DNA from: Desulfotalea psychrophila LSv54
GTDB taxonomy: Bacteria; Desulfobacterota; Desulfobulbia; Desulfobulbales; Desulfocapsaceae
Direction: 5' to 3'
Length of the DNA: 32,000 nucleotides
Assembly: GCF_000025945.1 (NCBI RefSeq)
Contig: NC_006138.1
Coordinates: forward strand, 540,001-572,000
Below, piece after piece: positions 1 through 9,281 of this stretch; the stretch's first letter is position 1, and each line of letters begins with the position of its first letter. Both the position numbers and the translations under genes were made by a program. The notes below the pieces were generated by a model. It worked only from the letters and a program-made list of their open reading frames with translations. It searched no databases and was not told the DNA's origin.

Positions 1-1131
1 AGTTGCTATACCGTAGGGGCAGTTGTCCAGATGACACTGGCGCAGGTAGGTACAGCCAATCGCTATCTTCAGGGCCCCACCCATATAAACCCCATCGGCA
101 CCAAGGGCAATCGCCTTGGCTATATCTCCCGGATGACGAATGCCGCCGGCTGCAATCAGGGTGACCCGATCGCGTAGACCATTCCGATCCAAAAACTCAG
201 CTATGCGGGGCAGGGAGTAAATAAGTGGCATGCCGACATGATCCTTGACCGTGACCGGGGCAGCACCTGTGCCCCCCTCACTCCCATCAATAACCAACAC
301 ATCGGGAATATTTTCCTGGCTGAAGATAGCGGCAAGATCATTCTGCAGATGGCCACCGACAAACTTCAGAGAGATCGGTTTTCCACCTATCAGGCTACGT
401 AGCTCCAGGATCTTGGCAGAGAGGTCTTTTACGTCTCTGATATCCTCATGTACAGCCGGCGACTGAGCCATCTTGCCCGGCGCTATCTGACGAACGGCGG
501 CAATTTCTGCTGTGACCTTTGCCCCCGGCAATTTACCGCCCATGCCGGGTTTTGCTCCCTGAGAGATCTTAATTTCGATCATATCTGCGAGCTGCAACCT
601 CTCCTCGCTGACACCGAAGCGACCGGTGGCATACTGCAGAGTAATACGGTCTGCCAACGCTCTCTCCTCATCCAGCATGCCGCCCTCACCGCTATTGGCA
701 ATGGTACCGGCCAGAGATGAACCAAGGGCAAGCGCCATCTTGGCCTCTTTACTGAGGGCACCATAGGACATTGCTGCATTTAAAATCGGGGTCTGGAGGA
801 GAACAGGCTGCCCGGCTACCTTGCCGAGGACAAGTGTCGAGTCCACCTCCACCTCATCACCCAGGGGCAGGGTCTCTAACTGAGCAGGGAGAAAGATCAG
901 GTCGTCCATCCCCAGAAATTTTCTGGTCGTGCCCTTTCCCTCCAGATAATAGGTGCCCGTTTCTGCCATGGATCTGATCATCAGCCTGGTGTTTAGATCC
1001 CATCTGCCAAAATTTTCCGCGCCACTGTCGTGAATAAAGATAGTGGCAGGTGAATTACAGACTGGACAGAGATGAAAATCAATGGGCCCCGAATGCAGAT
1101 AGCCGCAGACCGGACAACGCTGGCTTGTCAT
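1..1131 (-). CDS. Glutamate synthase-related FMN-dependent oxidoreductase (GltB central-domain family) with an N-terminal rubredoxin-like zinc ribbon; the 3' end runs off the window
   Basis: It is missing from the ORF track because there is no stop inside the window. The reverse-strand reading from the ATG at 1131..1129 stays open to base 1 (377 codons). It starts MTSQRCPVCGYLHSGPIDFHLCPVCNSP. It then contains LLQTPILNAAMSYGALSKEAKMALALGSSLAGTIANSGEGG, IKISQGAKPGMGGKLPG, VIDGSEGGTGAAP and IAAGGIRHPGDIAKAIALGADGVYMG, the characteristic motifs of the glutamate synthase FMN domain. Confidence 0.85.
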   Translation of the reverse strand, partial: MTSQRCPVCGYLHSGPIDFHLCPVCNSPATIFIHDSGAENFGRWDLNTRLMIRSMAETGTYYLEGKGTTRKFLGMDDLIFLPAQLETLPLGDEVEVDSTLVLGKVAGQPVLLQTPILNAAMSYGALSKEAKMALALGSSLAGTIANSGEGGMLDEERALADRITLQYATGRFGVSEERLQLADMIEIKISQGAKPGMGGKLPGAKVTAEIAAVRQIAPGKMAQSPAVHEDIRDVKDLSAKILELRSLIGGKPISLKFVGGHLQNDLAAIFSQENIPDVLVIDGSEGGTGAAPVTVKDHVGMPLIYSLPRIAEFLDRNGLRDRVTLIAAGGIRHPGDIAKAIALGADGVYMGGALKIAIGCTYLRQCHLDNCPYGIAT

Positions 1132-1408
1132 AGATGCCCCCCTGGAATAGATGTCAATTTTTAACACTTACCTCAACATCTACAGTATCGCTATTTTGAG
1201 GCGCAGTTACAAGCGGGGTACAGGATGGATGGGAATTTAAGGTGAGAGAATGAATTAAACGCTGAAACCATGCCCTGAGGAGGGAGACTGGGGCTAGTGA
1301 GCAAGCTCCACTGATTCTATTTATCAAAAGACAATAGCAGGAAAGAAGCAAACCATCCTCCAACTCACTCACTTTTTAGTCCGTTGCACTTATTGTACAA
1401 ACCCAGCT

Positions 1409-2032
1409 CTATCTATCTGTAAGAGCTACATAGGCACCTAGAGCAATTAAACCCGTACCAGTGAAACAACGCTGGCCCATTTGTAACCTAGGCTTTTCCT
1501 GTAGATGTTGGCCAATAGGGCCGGCAAGCATCACAACGATAAAATCAGCGCTTGTATTAAGTATAACGGATAGTGTTCCAAGCAAGAAAAATTGAAGAAA
1601 AACAATGCCATCTGGATTGACAAATTGTGGGATAAAGGCTAGGAAAAACAGTGCTGTCTTAGGATTGAGGGCTTCAACAATAATGCCTTGCCGAAAAGCA
1701 TATTTTGGGCCCATCTTTTTAGGATTTTCAGTATTAGGTAAAGCTGTTGAACTCAATAATGTTTTGAGTCCTAAATAAACTAAATATGCGGCACCTAAAT
1801 ATTTGACAATATTAAATGCCAGTGCTGAAGCAGCTAAAATAACGGATAAGCCCAGAGCCGCAGCTAAAACATGAAACATGCCACCAAAAGCTGTTCCCAA
1901 ACTAGAATAAATTCCTTCCGTTTGACCACCTTTAAGACTCCGAGTCATAACATAAAAGATACCAGGACCAGGAGTAACAGCTAAAACCGTTGCAGCTATG
2001 ATAAATAGCGTGAATTGGGCAAAATCAGGCAT
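1409..2032 (-). CDS. LysE/RhtB family amino-acid efflux translocator
   Basis: The 213-aa ORF (1409..2050) starts at a TTG. An internal ATG at 2032 is preceded by AAAGGAAAC (SD-like), so it is the more likely start. The protein is hydrophobic with about 6 TM segments. Its N-terminus, FTLFIIAATVLAVTPGPGIFYVMTRSLKGG, matches the LysE-family signature (..TPGP....v.......G). Confidence 0.85.
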   Translation of the reverse strand: MPDFAQFTLFIIAATVLAVTPGPGIFYVMTRSLKGGQTEGIYSSLGTAFGGMFHVLAAALGLSVILAASALAFNIVKYLGAAYLVYLGLKTLLSSTALPNTENPKKMGPKYAFRQGIIVEALNPKTALFFLAFIPQFVNPDGIVFLQFFLLGTLSVILNTSADFIVVMLAGPIGQHLQEKPRLQMGQRCFTGTGLIALGAYVALTDR

Positions 2033-2108
2033 AACAGGTTTCCTTTTCAATCAGCTTGCGAATAAAACATAAAGAAGACAAAAGTATCCCTTTCCTACTT
2101 TAACCAAG

Positions 2109-2891
2109 CTAATCCTGCAAGGCAATCTGCATGGCCCTGCTATATTTTCCGCGGCTGGCCTTGGGAAAGGGGTTCGCCTTGCCGGACCACTGTTTCTTTT
2201 TCAAATTAAAACCGTATTTCCTTAAAGAGCCGTCTGTGAGAATGAGGACATCGACCCAGTCTCGGCCCTCCTCTCTAAAGAGATAAAATACGTCAGGACC
2301 CTCTATCTTCTCATTAAGGCTCACCTCTACAGCCAGCGCATAGCGTTGGAAGCTCTTTCCTCCCAGCCCCTTGAGCATGGCCTGCAGGATCTCCTCTGCC
2401 TCTACCTCCTGACTGGAGGCGGCAATGATGGCGGTCTGGTGCTTACAGAGCCTACGAATATCATTGTGGGCAAAGGTGGACCTGGTCTTAACAAAGTCCA
2501 TACAGGTACAGGAAAGCGTAGCAAGATCAACAAGATATTGTTCTGAGCCGGAACCCTGCACCGCCATAACCTCCCCTGCCTCATCGAGATTTTCCAGATA
2601 GATATCAAGAGAGATGTCCCTGATGGAGGCAATGGCCCTCTTCGCCTTCTTTATCTTGGGGACATGCTCAGCCTTCTGTTTTTGAGCAGGAACCACCTGC
2701 TCAGGCATAGCTGTTGCCTCATCAGGACTCTGCGCAACAGGGGGTATCTCTTTTTGAGCGACAGGGATCGTCTGCTCGGGCACTTCCTCTACTCGCTCAC
2801 TGCCTCCCCCTTCAATGCGAACAGGGGCCTGCCTGTCAACAGCCTTTGGGGATACACCAAAAAAACTCTTAATTTTATTTAAAATAGTCAT
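2109..2891 (-). CDS. Hypothetical protein with a SWIM-type zinc finger and a Pro/Glu/Ala/Gln-rich N-terminal half
   Basis: 260-aa ORF with an ATG start. A CxCx(18)CxH motif (LSCTCMDFVKTRSTFAHNDIRRLCKH, residues 128-151, nt 2439..2510) fits the SWIM zinc-finger pattern. The N-terminal region is low-complexity (VPEQTIPVAQKEIPPVAQSPDEATAMPEQVVPAQKQK). Confidence 0.6.
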   Translation of the reverse strand: MTILNKIKSFFGVSPKAVDRQAPVRIEGGGSERVEEVPEQTIPVAQKEIPPVAQSPDEATAMPEQVVPAQKQKAEHVPKIKKAKRAIASIRDISLDIYLENLDEAGEVMAVQGSGSEQYLVDLATLSCTCMDFVKTRSTFAHNDIRRLCKHQTAIIAASSQEVEAEEILQAMLKGLGGKSFQRYALAVEVSLNEKIEGPDVFYLFREEGRDWVDVLILTDGSLRKYGFNLKKKQWSGKANPFPKASRGKYSRAMQIALQD

Positions 2892-3585
2892 AATTATAGC
2901 CTGGGAAAAAGATTCAATTTTATAGCCAGTGGCCCGCAGATCCGGTTCTCGATTTTACTGTTCTGGCACGGCGCAGTTGCAACTGCCCACAGGCAGAGGA
3001 GAGAGAGCACACTGTTAAGTTAATTATCCCCTTTTTTCAAGGTCATTTTCCCCATGCAGAACAATTACTGTATGCATATCTATTCTCTATGCCAGGGCAG
3101 AGACAGCAGATCTCAGGCGGAGACCTGCCTGCTCTCTCAGCGGGCTAGCCAACACTGCCATAGCAATGATATTTCCTCTACGCCGAACTATCGTCCTAGG
3201 CTCAATCCATGCAAAAGGCCCTAGGCCAATTTGCTAATACCTATAACAACTCCCATACTCCAGTTTATCGCTAAATTTCTATCATTTATTCCTCAAAAAA
3301 AACATTCTCTCTTCATAATTGAGCCCATCTTTTCAAGATCGGATATAAACCATAGCCACCAGAACAATATCCACCTGCTTGAGAGCAAGGCACTGCACCT
3401 GCTTCAACTTTGACATCTCCCAAAGTCTGGAAAATTCTTTTTCTCTAAAAAAGATCCTCTCAGCATCTTTGCCCAGAGATTTTTTTCTCTCAAAGGCAGC
3501 ACCTGACAAAACAGTCGCCTAATTATAGTTGTATATTCTCCTTGAGGATGGTATTTACCTACATGTATAAAACTGCATAATAACA

Positions 3586-5250
3586 ATGATAAAAACACTC
3601 CCTACTAACCTCAAAAGAAGACTAAAAACAATGTCTCCATTATTTTTTACTAAAGCACTTGTAAAAAAACTGTACATTATTCCCCTGTTTTGTTTCATCT
3701 TTCCCACCCTACTCTCAGCAGCAGAACAACCTGGCTCAGCACAACCTGTCTCTCTCCAAAAGGTACTTGAAAACATTACCAAAACAAACCCTTCCATATC
3801 AGAGGCAATGAAGCAGTACCAAAGTGTTTTAGCTGAACGTGGCATCGCTAACAGCGAATACTACCCCACTGTTGGCATGGAAGTAGCCGCTGGCCCGGAA
3901 AGAACAAAGGGTGTCTCTACAAATGATGTGGCAGAAAACCTCACATCAACAAAGGCCAGCCTCTTTGCTCGTCAAAACCTCTATAACGGTGGAAAAACCA
4001 CTGCCTTTGTTAAAGAGACTGACGCACGCATCCAAGCTGCTGCCTATGAAGTTTTAAATGTTGCCAACAATGTCTACCTCAATACTTCTGAAGCATATAT
4101 CAATGTCATAAAGGCACGAGATCTACTGGCAATCTCTGGAAGAAATGCTCTGACTCAAGAAAGAATCATGCGTCAGGTGCGTGAAAAAACAGAGGCAGGA
4201 TTTAAACGTGCCTCTGAGCTATACAACTCAGAATCACGTTTGGCCCTTGCTAAAGGTAACTATATTTCCCGTAAGCAAGATCTTAATCAGGCCTTAGTTA
4301 TCTTCCATAAACAGTTTGGCCGCTTCCTCCATACCGACCAATTCATTACGCCTGAGCCCACATACCAGATACCGGCAACACTGCCCGAGACTATAGAGAT
4401 TGCCTTTAATACCCACCCTGCCCTCAAAGTTGCCAAGTACAATATCCAGACCAAACGATACGCCTATGAAAAGGCAAACGCTGCCGATTTCCCCACCCTG
4501 GATTTTGAAGTAAAGGGACAATATCGCGATGAAATTGATGGTAAAGAGGGTGATACCACTCAGGTAGGTGCCTATTTAACCTTTAACTACACATTTTTCG
4601 ATGGCGGCCTCAGAAGTAGTGAGCAGTCGAAACAGAAACAAAATGTACGTAAAGAGTACCAACGCTCTTATGTTGAACGACGAAATATTAACGAAAGTGT
4701 TCGACTAGCGTGGAGCATTAAAGAGGCCGATGATTATAAAAAAGAATATCTGAGTGAGCATGTGACACTCAGTGCCAAGACCTTGAATGCCTTTAAGGAA
4801 GAGTACTATGTCGGCCGCCGTACCCTACTCGATCTCTTGAACATGGAAAATGAGTACACCGATGCCCAACTCTCGTTTACTGAATCACAGTTTTCTCACC
4901 TTATTGCCATATATCGTATAATGCAGGCAACAGGTGCTCTCCTAAGCGAGCACGACACTGGCCTGCGTGGAATGTTGCAGATAGCAGCAGATGAAAAAGA
5001 TGATCTTTTCGATGCAGAAAACAGAAGAGCTATCGAGGCATATAAAGATCTCAATGATAACCGAGATCAGGATGGGCTTACTGACACGAAGGATCAGTGT
5101 GACAACTCTTCCCCGAATTCAACCGTTCAACCTTTTGGTTGTAGTGATAATGATGCCAACAATACCGGCTATCCATACGAGGATGATTCAGCCCTTTCTC
5201 CTTATATCGTGCCCCAATCTTTCGAGCCTGTAAGCACCAAGCAGCAGTGA
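3586..5250 (+). CDS. lapE: TolC-family outer membrane channel of a type I secretion system (LapE-like) with a ~100-aa Asp-rich C-terminal extension
   Basis: 554-aa ORF. The signal peptide is MSPLFFTKALVKKLYIIPLFCFIFPTLLSAAEQ, so an alternative start at 3631 is possible. It has a TolC-type N-terminus (LQKVLENITKTNPSISEAMKQYQSVLAERGIANSEYYPTVG) and two repeated helical/beta halves. It lies directly upstream of the ABC and HlyD genes. Confidence 0.85.
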   Translation: MIKTLPTNLKRRLKTMSPLFFTKALVKKLYIIPLFCFIFPTLLSAAEQPGSAQPVSLQKVLENITKTNPSISEAMKQYQSVLAERGIANSEYYPTVGMEVAAGPERTKGVSTNDVAENLTSTKASLFARQNLYNGGKTTAFVKETDARIQAAAYEVLNVANNVYLNTSEAYINVIKARDLLAISGRNALTQERIMRQVREKTEAGFKRASELYNSESRLALAKGNYISRKQDLNQALVIFHKQFGRFLHTDQFITPEPTYQIPATLPETIEIAFNTHPALKVAKYNIQTKRYAYEKANAADFPTLDFEVKGQYRDEIDGKEGDTTQVGAYLTFNYTFFDGGLRSSEQSKQKQNVRKEYQRSYVERRNINESVRLAWSIKEADDYKKEYLSEHVTLSAKTLNAFKEEYYVGRRTLLDLLNMENEYTDAQLSFTESQFSHLIAIYRIMQATGALLSEHDTGLRGMLQIAADEKDDLFDAENRRAIEAYKDLNDNRDQDGLTDTKDQCDNSSPNSTVQPFGCSDNDANNTGYPYEDDSALSPYIVPQSFEPVSTKQQ

Positions 5251-5384
5251 TACTATAAACGGAATTGCTGTGGCTGAGCTCTCGTAATAAGATGCTCATA
5301 TTGCAAGAACACCTCTGCAGGCAAAAAGATACATGCCCGCGAGGATATCTCAGCCTCAGCTGAAATTTCTCTTGAGCATTATCT

Positions 5385-5423
5385 AAAGGGTGTAATTCTA
5401 ATATTCTTGGAATTACACCCTTT
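5385..5423 (+). terminator. Perfect 14-bp inverted repeat (AAAGGGTGTAATTC-N11-GAATTACACCCTTT) downstream of lapE; possible weak terminator or attenuator
   Basis: The stem arms at 5385..5398 and 5410..5423 were read directly. No T-run follows on the + strand, so terminator function is uncertain. Confidence 0.3.
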
Positions 5424-5730
5424 AAAAGAGACAGAAACAGAGCGTCCTGAGAGCAAGCAAGGCATTGCCCGTCTCTCCTCCATACCCCAGTGAAAGCTCC
5501 CAGGCTCAACCCGTCTCCCCCCCCAAACACTAGCTCAGATTATAAATAGACAAATCACCTAATAGGGCATATCCTGAAAGTTACTAGAAACACTAAATAT
5601 ACTATATAAATAGCAATGAAAGTTGACGATTCACCTCATTCTTTTTATCATCTTCCCGTAAAGATACAGTTACACTACTCAGCAGTGCTCGGAATAGGCA
5701 AAAGACCAGAGCACTGCATCGGAGATAAAT

Positions 5731-7881
5731 ATGGATGACAAGTTACGATCGGACCCACTATTACTTTGTTTGGTCACACTCACCAAAATAGATAAAAAAC
5801 CCGCATCTGCCGAGGCCTTGATTGAAGGGCTCCCCTTTGATCCAAACGATGAGAAAAAAAGATTATTCAGTATCAAAAGCTCTAATTCAAATTTCTCAAG
5901 AGCCGCAGGTAGGGCAGGATTCAGCTCCACCTTGCAACAAAGACCCCTATCCTCCATTCCAGCAGTGGTACTACCCGTTATTCTCCTGTTAAAAAATGAT
6001 GCTGCCTGTGTACTCACCAAAATTTTACCTGAGCAGGGAAAGGCCGTTATCATCATTCCCAGTATTGATGACGAGCCCATGGAAATTTCCATGGAAAAAC
6101 TCGAAGAAGATTATCTCGGCTATGTCTTCTTTCTCAAAAGAAAATATGAGGGTTTTGGCCAAGATAAACTGGTAAATAAGGATAAGAGAAAGGGTAACAA
6201 AAATTGGTTCTTCGGTACCCTCTATAAATTCAAGGATATTTACATTCGGGTTGTGGTCGCCACCCTCTTTATCAATGTATTTGTGATAGCAGGCCCGCTC
6301 TTTACCATGAATGTATACGATAGGGTCATCCCCCATAATGCGATTGAGACCCTTTGGGTACTTGCCATTGGTATTGGCTTAATTTACGGTTTTGATCTCA
6401 TACTTAAATTTTTGCGCACAATCCTGCTTGAGCGCGCCGCCAAAAAAAGTGATATCATTCTTTCCTCCATGCTCTTTGAACATGCGATGAATATCAAAAT
6501 GGTGGCACGTCCTCGCTCCGTTGGGGCCTTTGCCAGCAACATTCGCGACTTTGACGGTATACGCTCCTTTTTTGCATCCACCGCCCTCACCGCCTTTATC
6601 GAGCTGCCCTTCTCTATAATTTTTCTGATTGTTATTTACACTATAAATCCAATTTTACTCACCCTTCCCCTAACGGTGATTCTCTTTCTCTTCATCTTTA
6701 CCATCCCGATGAAGAACTCTATTCAAAAAATTGTGGATAGTACCCATGAGGCCACCGGTAGACGCAACAGCATCCTGGTAGAATCTCTGGCAAACCTTGA
6801 AACGATAAAGGCATTTAACGCAAGCAGCACCATCCAGTGGCACTGGGAAGAATCCACCGGCGATATAGCCTCAAAAAGTTTACGTTCGCGGATTAGATTC
6901 AGTTCGCTCTCCACCATTTCAGCCTTCCTCACCCAACTCTGTTCTGTCCTTGTTATTGTGGTGGGGGTATATCTCATTAAAAATGGTGAGCTGACCATGG
7001 GTGCTTTGATCGCCGTAAATATATTGGCGACAAGATCCATCGCTCCCTGGACGCAGGCGGCAAGCTTGCTCACCAACTACCAGCAGATGAAAACCGGACT
7101 CCAATCTCTTAATGAGCTGATGGAAAAAGAGGAAGAACGTCCAGAAAATAAACGCTTTATCAGACGACCTGAGTTTAAAGGTGATATTGAATTTAAAAAT
7201 GTTGATTTTTCCTATCCCGACGAGGAAAGGAAAGCCTTAAAAAATGTCAGCTTCAAGATAAAGCCAGGAGAGCGTATTGGCATCATTGGCCAAGTCGGCT
7301 CCGGAAAATCCACCCTGAGTAGCCTGTTGATGGGGTTTTATGATGCAGAAAGTGGTTCTGTTTTTATCGACGGTCTTGACATCAAACAGCTCGACCCCGT
7401 AGACCTCCGGCAAAACTATAGCTATGTGCCCCAAGAGGTAACCCTCTTTTCCGGGACTGTTCGCGACAATATTACCCTAAAATCCCCTCATGCAACGGAT
7501 GCAGAAATAGTAAAATCTGCCAATTTTGGGGTAGTAAACCCCTTGACCGACCGCCATCCACTGGGCATGGATCTGCAGGTGGGTGAACGTGGCTACAATA
7601 TTTCCGGTGGGCAAAGGCAATCCATAGCCTTGGCAAGAGCCTTTGTTGAGGAGAGTCCCATTGTTTTGCTTGATGAACCAACCAACTCCATGGATTACAA
7701 TACAGAGGTTAAGGTCATTGAAAATCTTAGGGAGGGCACAAAGGGTAAGACAACCATCATCATTACTCATAAACCATCTATTCTTGCCATTGTTGATCGT
7801 CTTCTGGTCATGGATGACGGTGCCCTTGTTATGGATGGCCCCAAGAGTGAAGTACTCGCCAAACTTGGAGGGAAAGGCTGA
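5731..7881 (+). CDS. lapB: Type I secretion system permease/ATPase (ABC transporter with N-terminal C39-like domain, LapB/LssB type)
   Basis: 716 aa. It has an N-terminal C39-like domain (DPLLLCLVTLTKIDKKPASAEALIEGLPF) followed by a 6-TM exporter domain. Walker A is GQVGSGKST, the ABC signature is ISGGQRQ, and Walker B is IVLLDEPT. Its stop overlaps the next gene's start (TGATG at 7879..7883). Confidence 0.9.
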   Translation: MDDKLRSDPLLLCLVTLTKIDKKPASAEALIEGLPFDPNDEKKRLFSIKSSNSNFSRAAGRAGFSSTLQQRPLSSIPAVVLPVILLLKNDAACVLTKILPEQGKAVIIIPSIDDEPMEISMEKLEEDYLGYVFFLKRKYEGFGQDKLVNKDKRKGNKNWFFGTLYKFKDIYIRVVVATLFINVFVIAGPLFTMNVYDRVIPHNAIETLWVLAIGIGLIYGFDLILKFLRTILLERAAKKSDIILSSMLFEHAMNIKMVARPRSVGAFASNIRDFDGIRSFFASTALTAFIELPFSIIFLIVIYTINPILLTLPLTVILFLFIFTIPMKNSIQKIVDSTHEATGRRNSILVESLANLETIKAFNASSTIQWHWEESTGDIASKSLRSRIRFSSLSTISAFLTQLCSVLVIVVGVYLIKNGELTMGALIAVNILATRSIAPWTQAASLLTNYQQMKTGLQSLNELMEKEEERPENKRFIRRPEFKGDIEFKNVDFSYPDEERKALKNVSFKIKPGERIGIIGQVGSGKSTLSSLLMGFYDAESGSVFIDGLDIKQLDPVDLRQNYSYVPQEVTLFSGTVRDNITLKSPHATDAEIVKSANFGVVNPLTDRHPLGMDLQVGERGYNISGGQRQSIALARAFVEESPIVLLDEPTNSMDYNTEVKVIENLREGTKGKTTIIITHKPSILAIVDRLLVMDDGALVMDGPKSEVLAKLGGKG

Positions 7882-9281
7882 TGATTGAAAAAGCAAAAAT
7901 AGCCCCTGAGGCCAATAACCACAAGGCAAAGAAAACTCGCCCAGCAAAGCCTGGTGGCAACTACAACAAGCGTGATGTGGAGTTCATGAACAGCCTGAGT
8001 GGGGCTCTGCTGGCAAGCAGATCCTCCCGCCTCAACGTCCTGCTCTATGTTATCTGTGCAATCATTCTTACCGTTGTCACCTGGTGCCATTTCGCCGAAT
8101 TAGATGAACGAACAAGGGGCATTGGTCGAACCATACCCTCCCGGCAAATTCAGGTAGTTCAGAACCTGGAAGGCGGAATTATTAAAGAGATACATGTATT
8201 TGAAGGAGAAAGCGTCAAACGTGGACAGATACTTGTAACTATTGATGATACAGGAATTGGTAGTTCATACTCTGAGAGTGCAAGCAAGATCAATGAACTT
8301 GAAGCAAAATCGATACGATTAAGTGCTGAATCCGGTATCACAGACACCCTTATTGCCAGTAAAAAAGAGACTGACAGCCAGATGGTTCAGTTGATGAAAA
8401 ACGAGAAGAGACTCTATAATAGCCAGTTACGCCAGCATGAAAATCAAAAATCTGTATTACAGCAACAGCTACAGCAGAGAAAAATTGAACTACAGGATGC
8501 TCAAGAGGATCTCAAATCCTTCAGATCCAGTCAGAAGATGCTCAATAGAGAAATAGCACTGAGTCGGCCATTACTAAAAAAACAACTCCTCTCTGAATTA
8601 GAATTCTTGCAACTAGAGCAGAGAGATCTTGAGAAGAAACAAGAAGTTAATCGCACCATCAATAAGGTTGAAAGTTTAAATGTTCAGATTATTGAGGCCA
8701 AAGAAAAGATTGAAGAGCTCGATGAAACCCGGCAGGCGGAAGCCATGGAAGAGCTCAATGCGGTGGTGGCAGAGATTGATCGACTGGCCTTTATGCAGGT
8801 GGCCATTGAAGATCGAGTAACCAGAACCAGTGTCCGATCCCCGGTGAATGGTACTGTTAAACAATTACTTATCAACACTGTTGGTGGGGTGGTAAGGCCT
8901 GGAATGGATATTCTGGAAATTGTTCCAACCGATGAGGCTATTATGGTTGAAACAAAAATCAAGCCCTCTGACATTGCCTTTATCTACCCTGGGCAAAAGG
9001 CGATATTAAAGTTCACCGCCTATGATTATGCTATCTATGGTGGTCTTGACGGAGAGGTTGCCCTGATCAGTGCCGACACCATCACCGATGAAAAAGGTGA
9101 AGAATTTTACCTTGTCCGGGTTAAAAGTAAACAAAACTATCTTGGCAACGAAGACAGTAAAAAACAAATTATGATTGGCATGACTGCCCAGGTTGATATC
9201 ATCACGGGTAAGAAAAGCGTGATGCAATATTTGATGAAACCGATACTCAGAGCCAAAAACAATGCTTTAAGGGAACGATAA
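7881..9281 (+). CDS. lapC: HlyD-family type I secretion periplasmic adaptor (membrane fusion protein, LapC-like)
   Basis: 466 aa. It has a single N-terminal TM segment (LNVLLYVICAIILTVVTWCHF). A long coiled-coil region follows (QLRQHENQKSVLQQQLQQRKIELQDAQEDL...). The HlyD-type C-terminus is GMTAQVDIITGKKSVMQYLMKPI. It is translationally coupled on both sides. Confidence 0.9.
   Translation: MIEKAKIAPEANNHKAKKTRPAKPGGNYNKRDVEFMNSLSGALLASRSSRLNVLLYVICAIILTVVTWCHFAELDERTRGIGRTIPSRQIQVVQNLEGGIIKEIHVFEGESVKRGQILVTIDDTGIGSSYSESASKINELEAKSIRLSAESGITDTLIASKKETDSQMVQLMKNEKRLYNSQLRQHENQKSVLQQQLQQRKIELQDAQEDLKSFRSSQKMLNREIALSRPLLKKQLLSELEFLQLEQRDLEKKQEVNRTINKVESLNVQIIEAKEKIEELDETRQAEAMEELNAVVAEIDRLAFMQVAIEDRVTRTSVRSPVNGTVKQLLINTVGGVVRPGMDILEIVPTDEAIMVETKIKPSDIAFIYPGQKAILKFTAYDYAIYGGLDGEVALISADTITDEKGEEFYLVRVKSKQNYLGNEDSKKQIMIGMTAQVDIITGKKSVMQYLMKPILRAKNNALRER

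Noticed and set aside
245-977. Several 66-90-aa ORFs from the track (245..466, 448..720, 579..779, 771..977)
   Set aside because: All overlap the long open reverse-strand frame of the glutamate-synthase-like gene, which carries clear family motifs, so they are spurious.
1154-1372. 72-aa ORF just upstream of the glutamate-synthase-like gene, on the same strand
   Set aside because: It has no SD and an unconvincing Cys/Leu/Ser-rich composition, and it lies in the expected promoter/leader region. There is not enough support to call it a gene.
2964-2980. Sigma-54-like promoter TGGCACggcgcagTTGCA upstream of lapE
   Set aside because: The GG and GC elements are offset by 14 nt (2965/66 versus 2979/80) instead of the required 12. 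It also lies about 600 nt from the lapE start, so it is probably a chance match.
5078-5530. 150-aa ORF on the - strand overlapping the 3' end of lapE and the lapE-lapB gap
   Set aside because: It has a Cys/His/Trp/Arg-rich non-protein-like composition and overlaps a well-supported CDS, so it is likely spurious.
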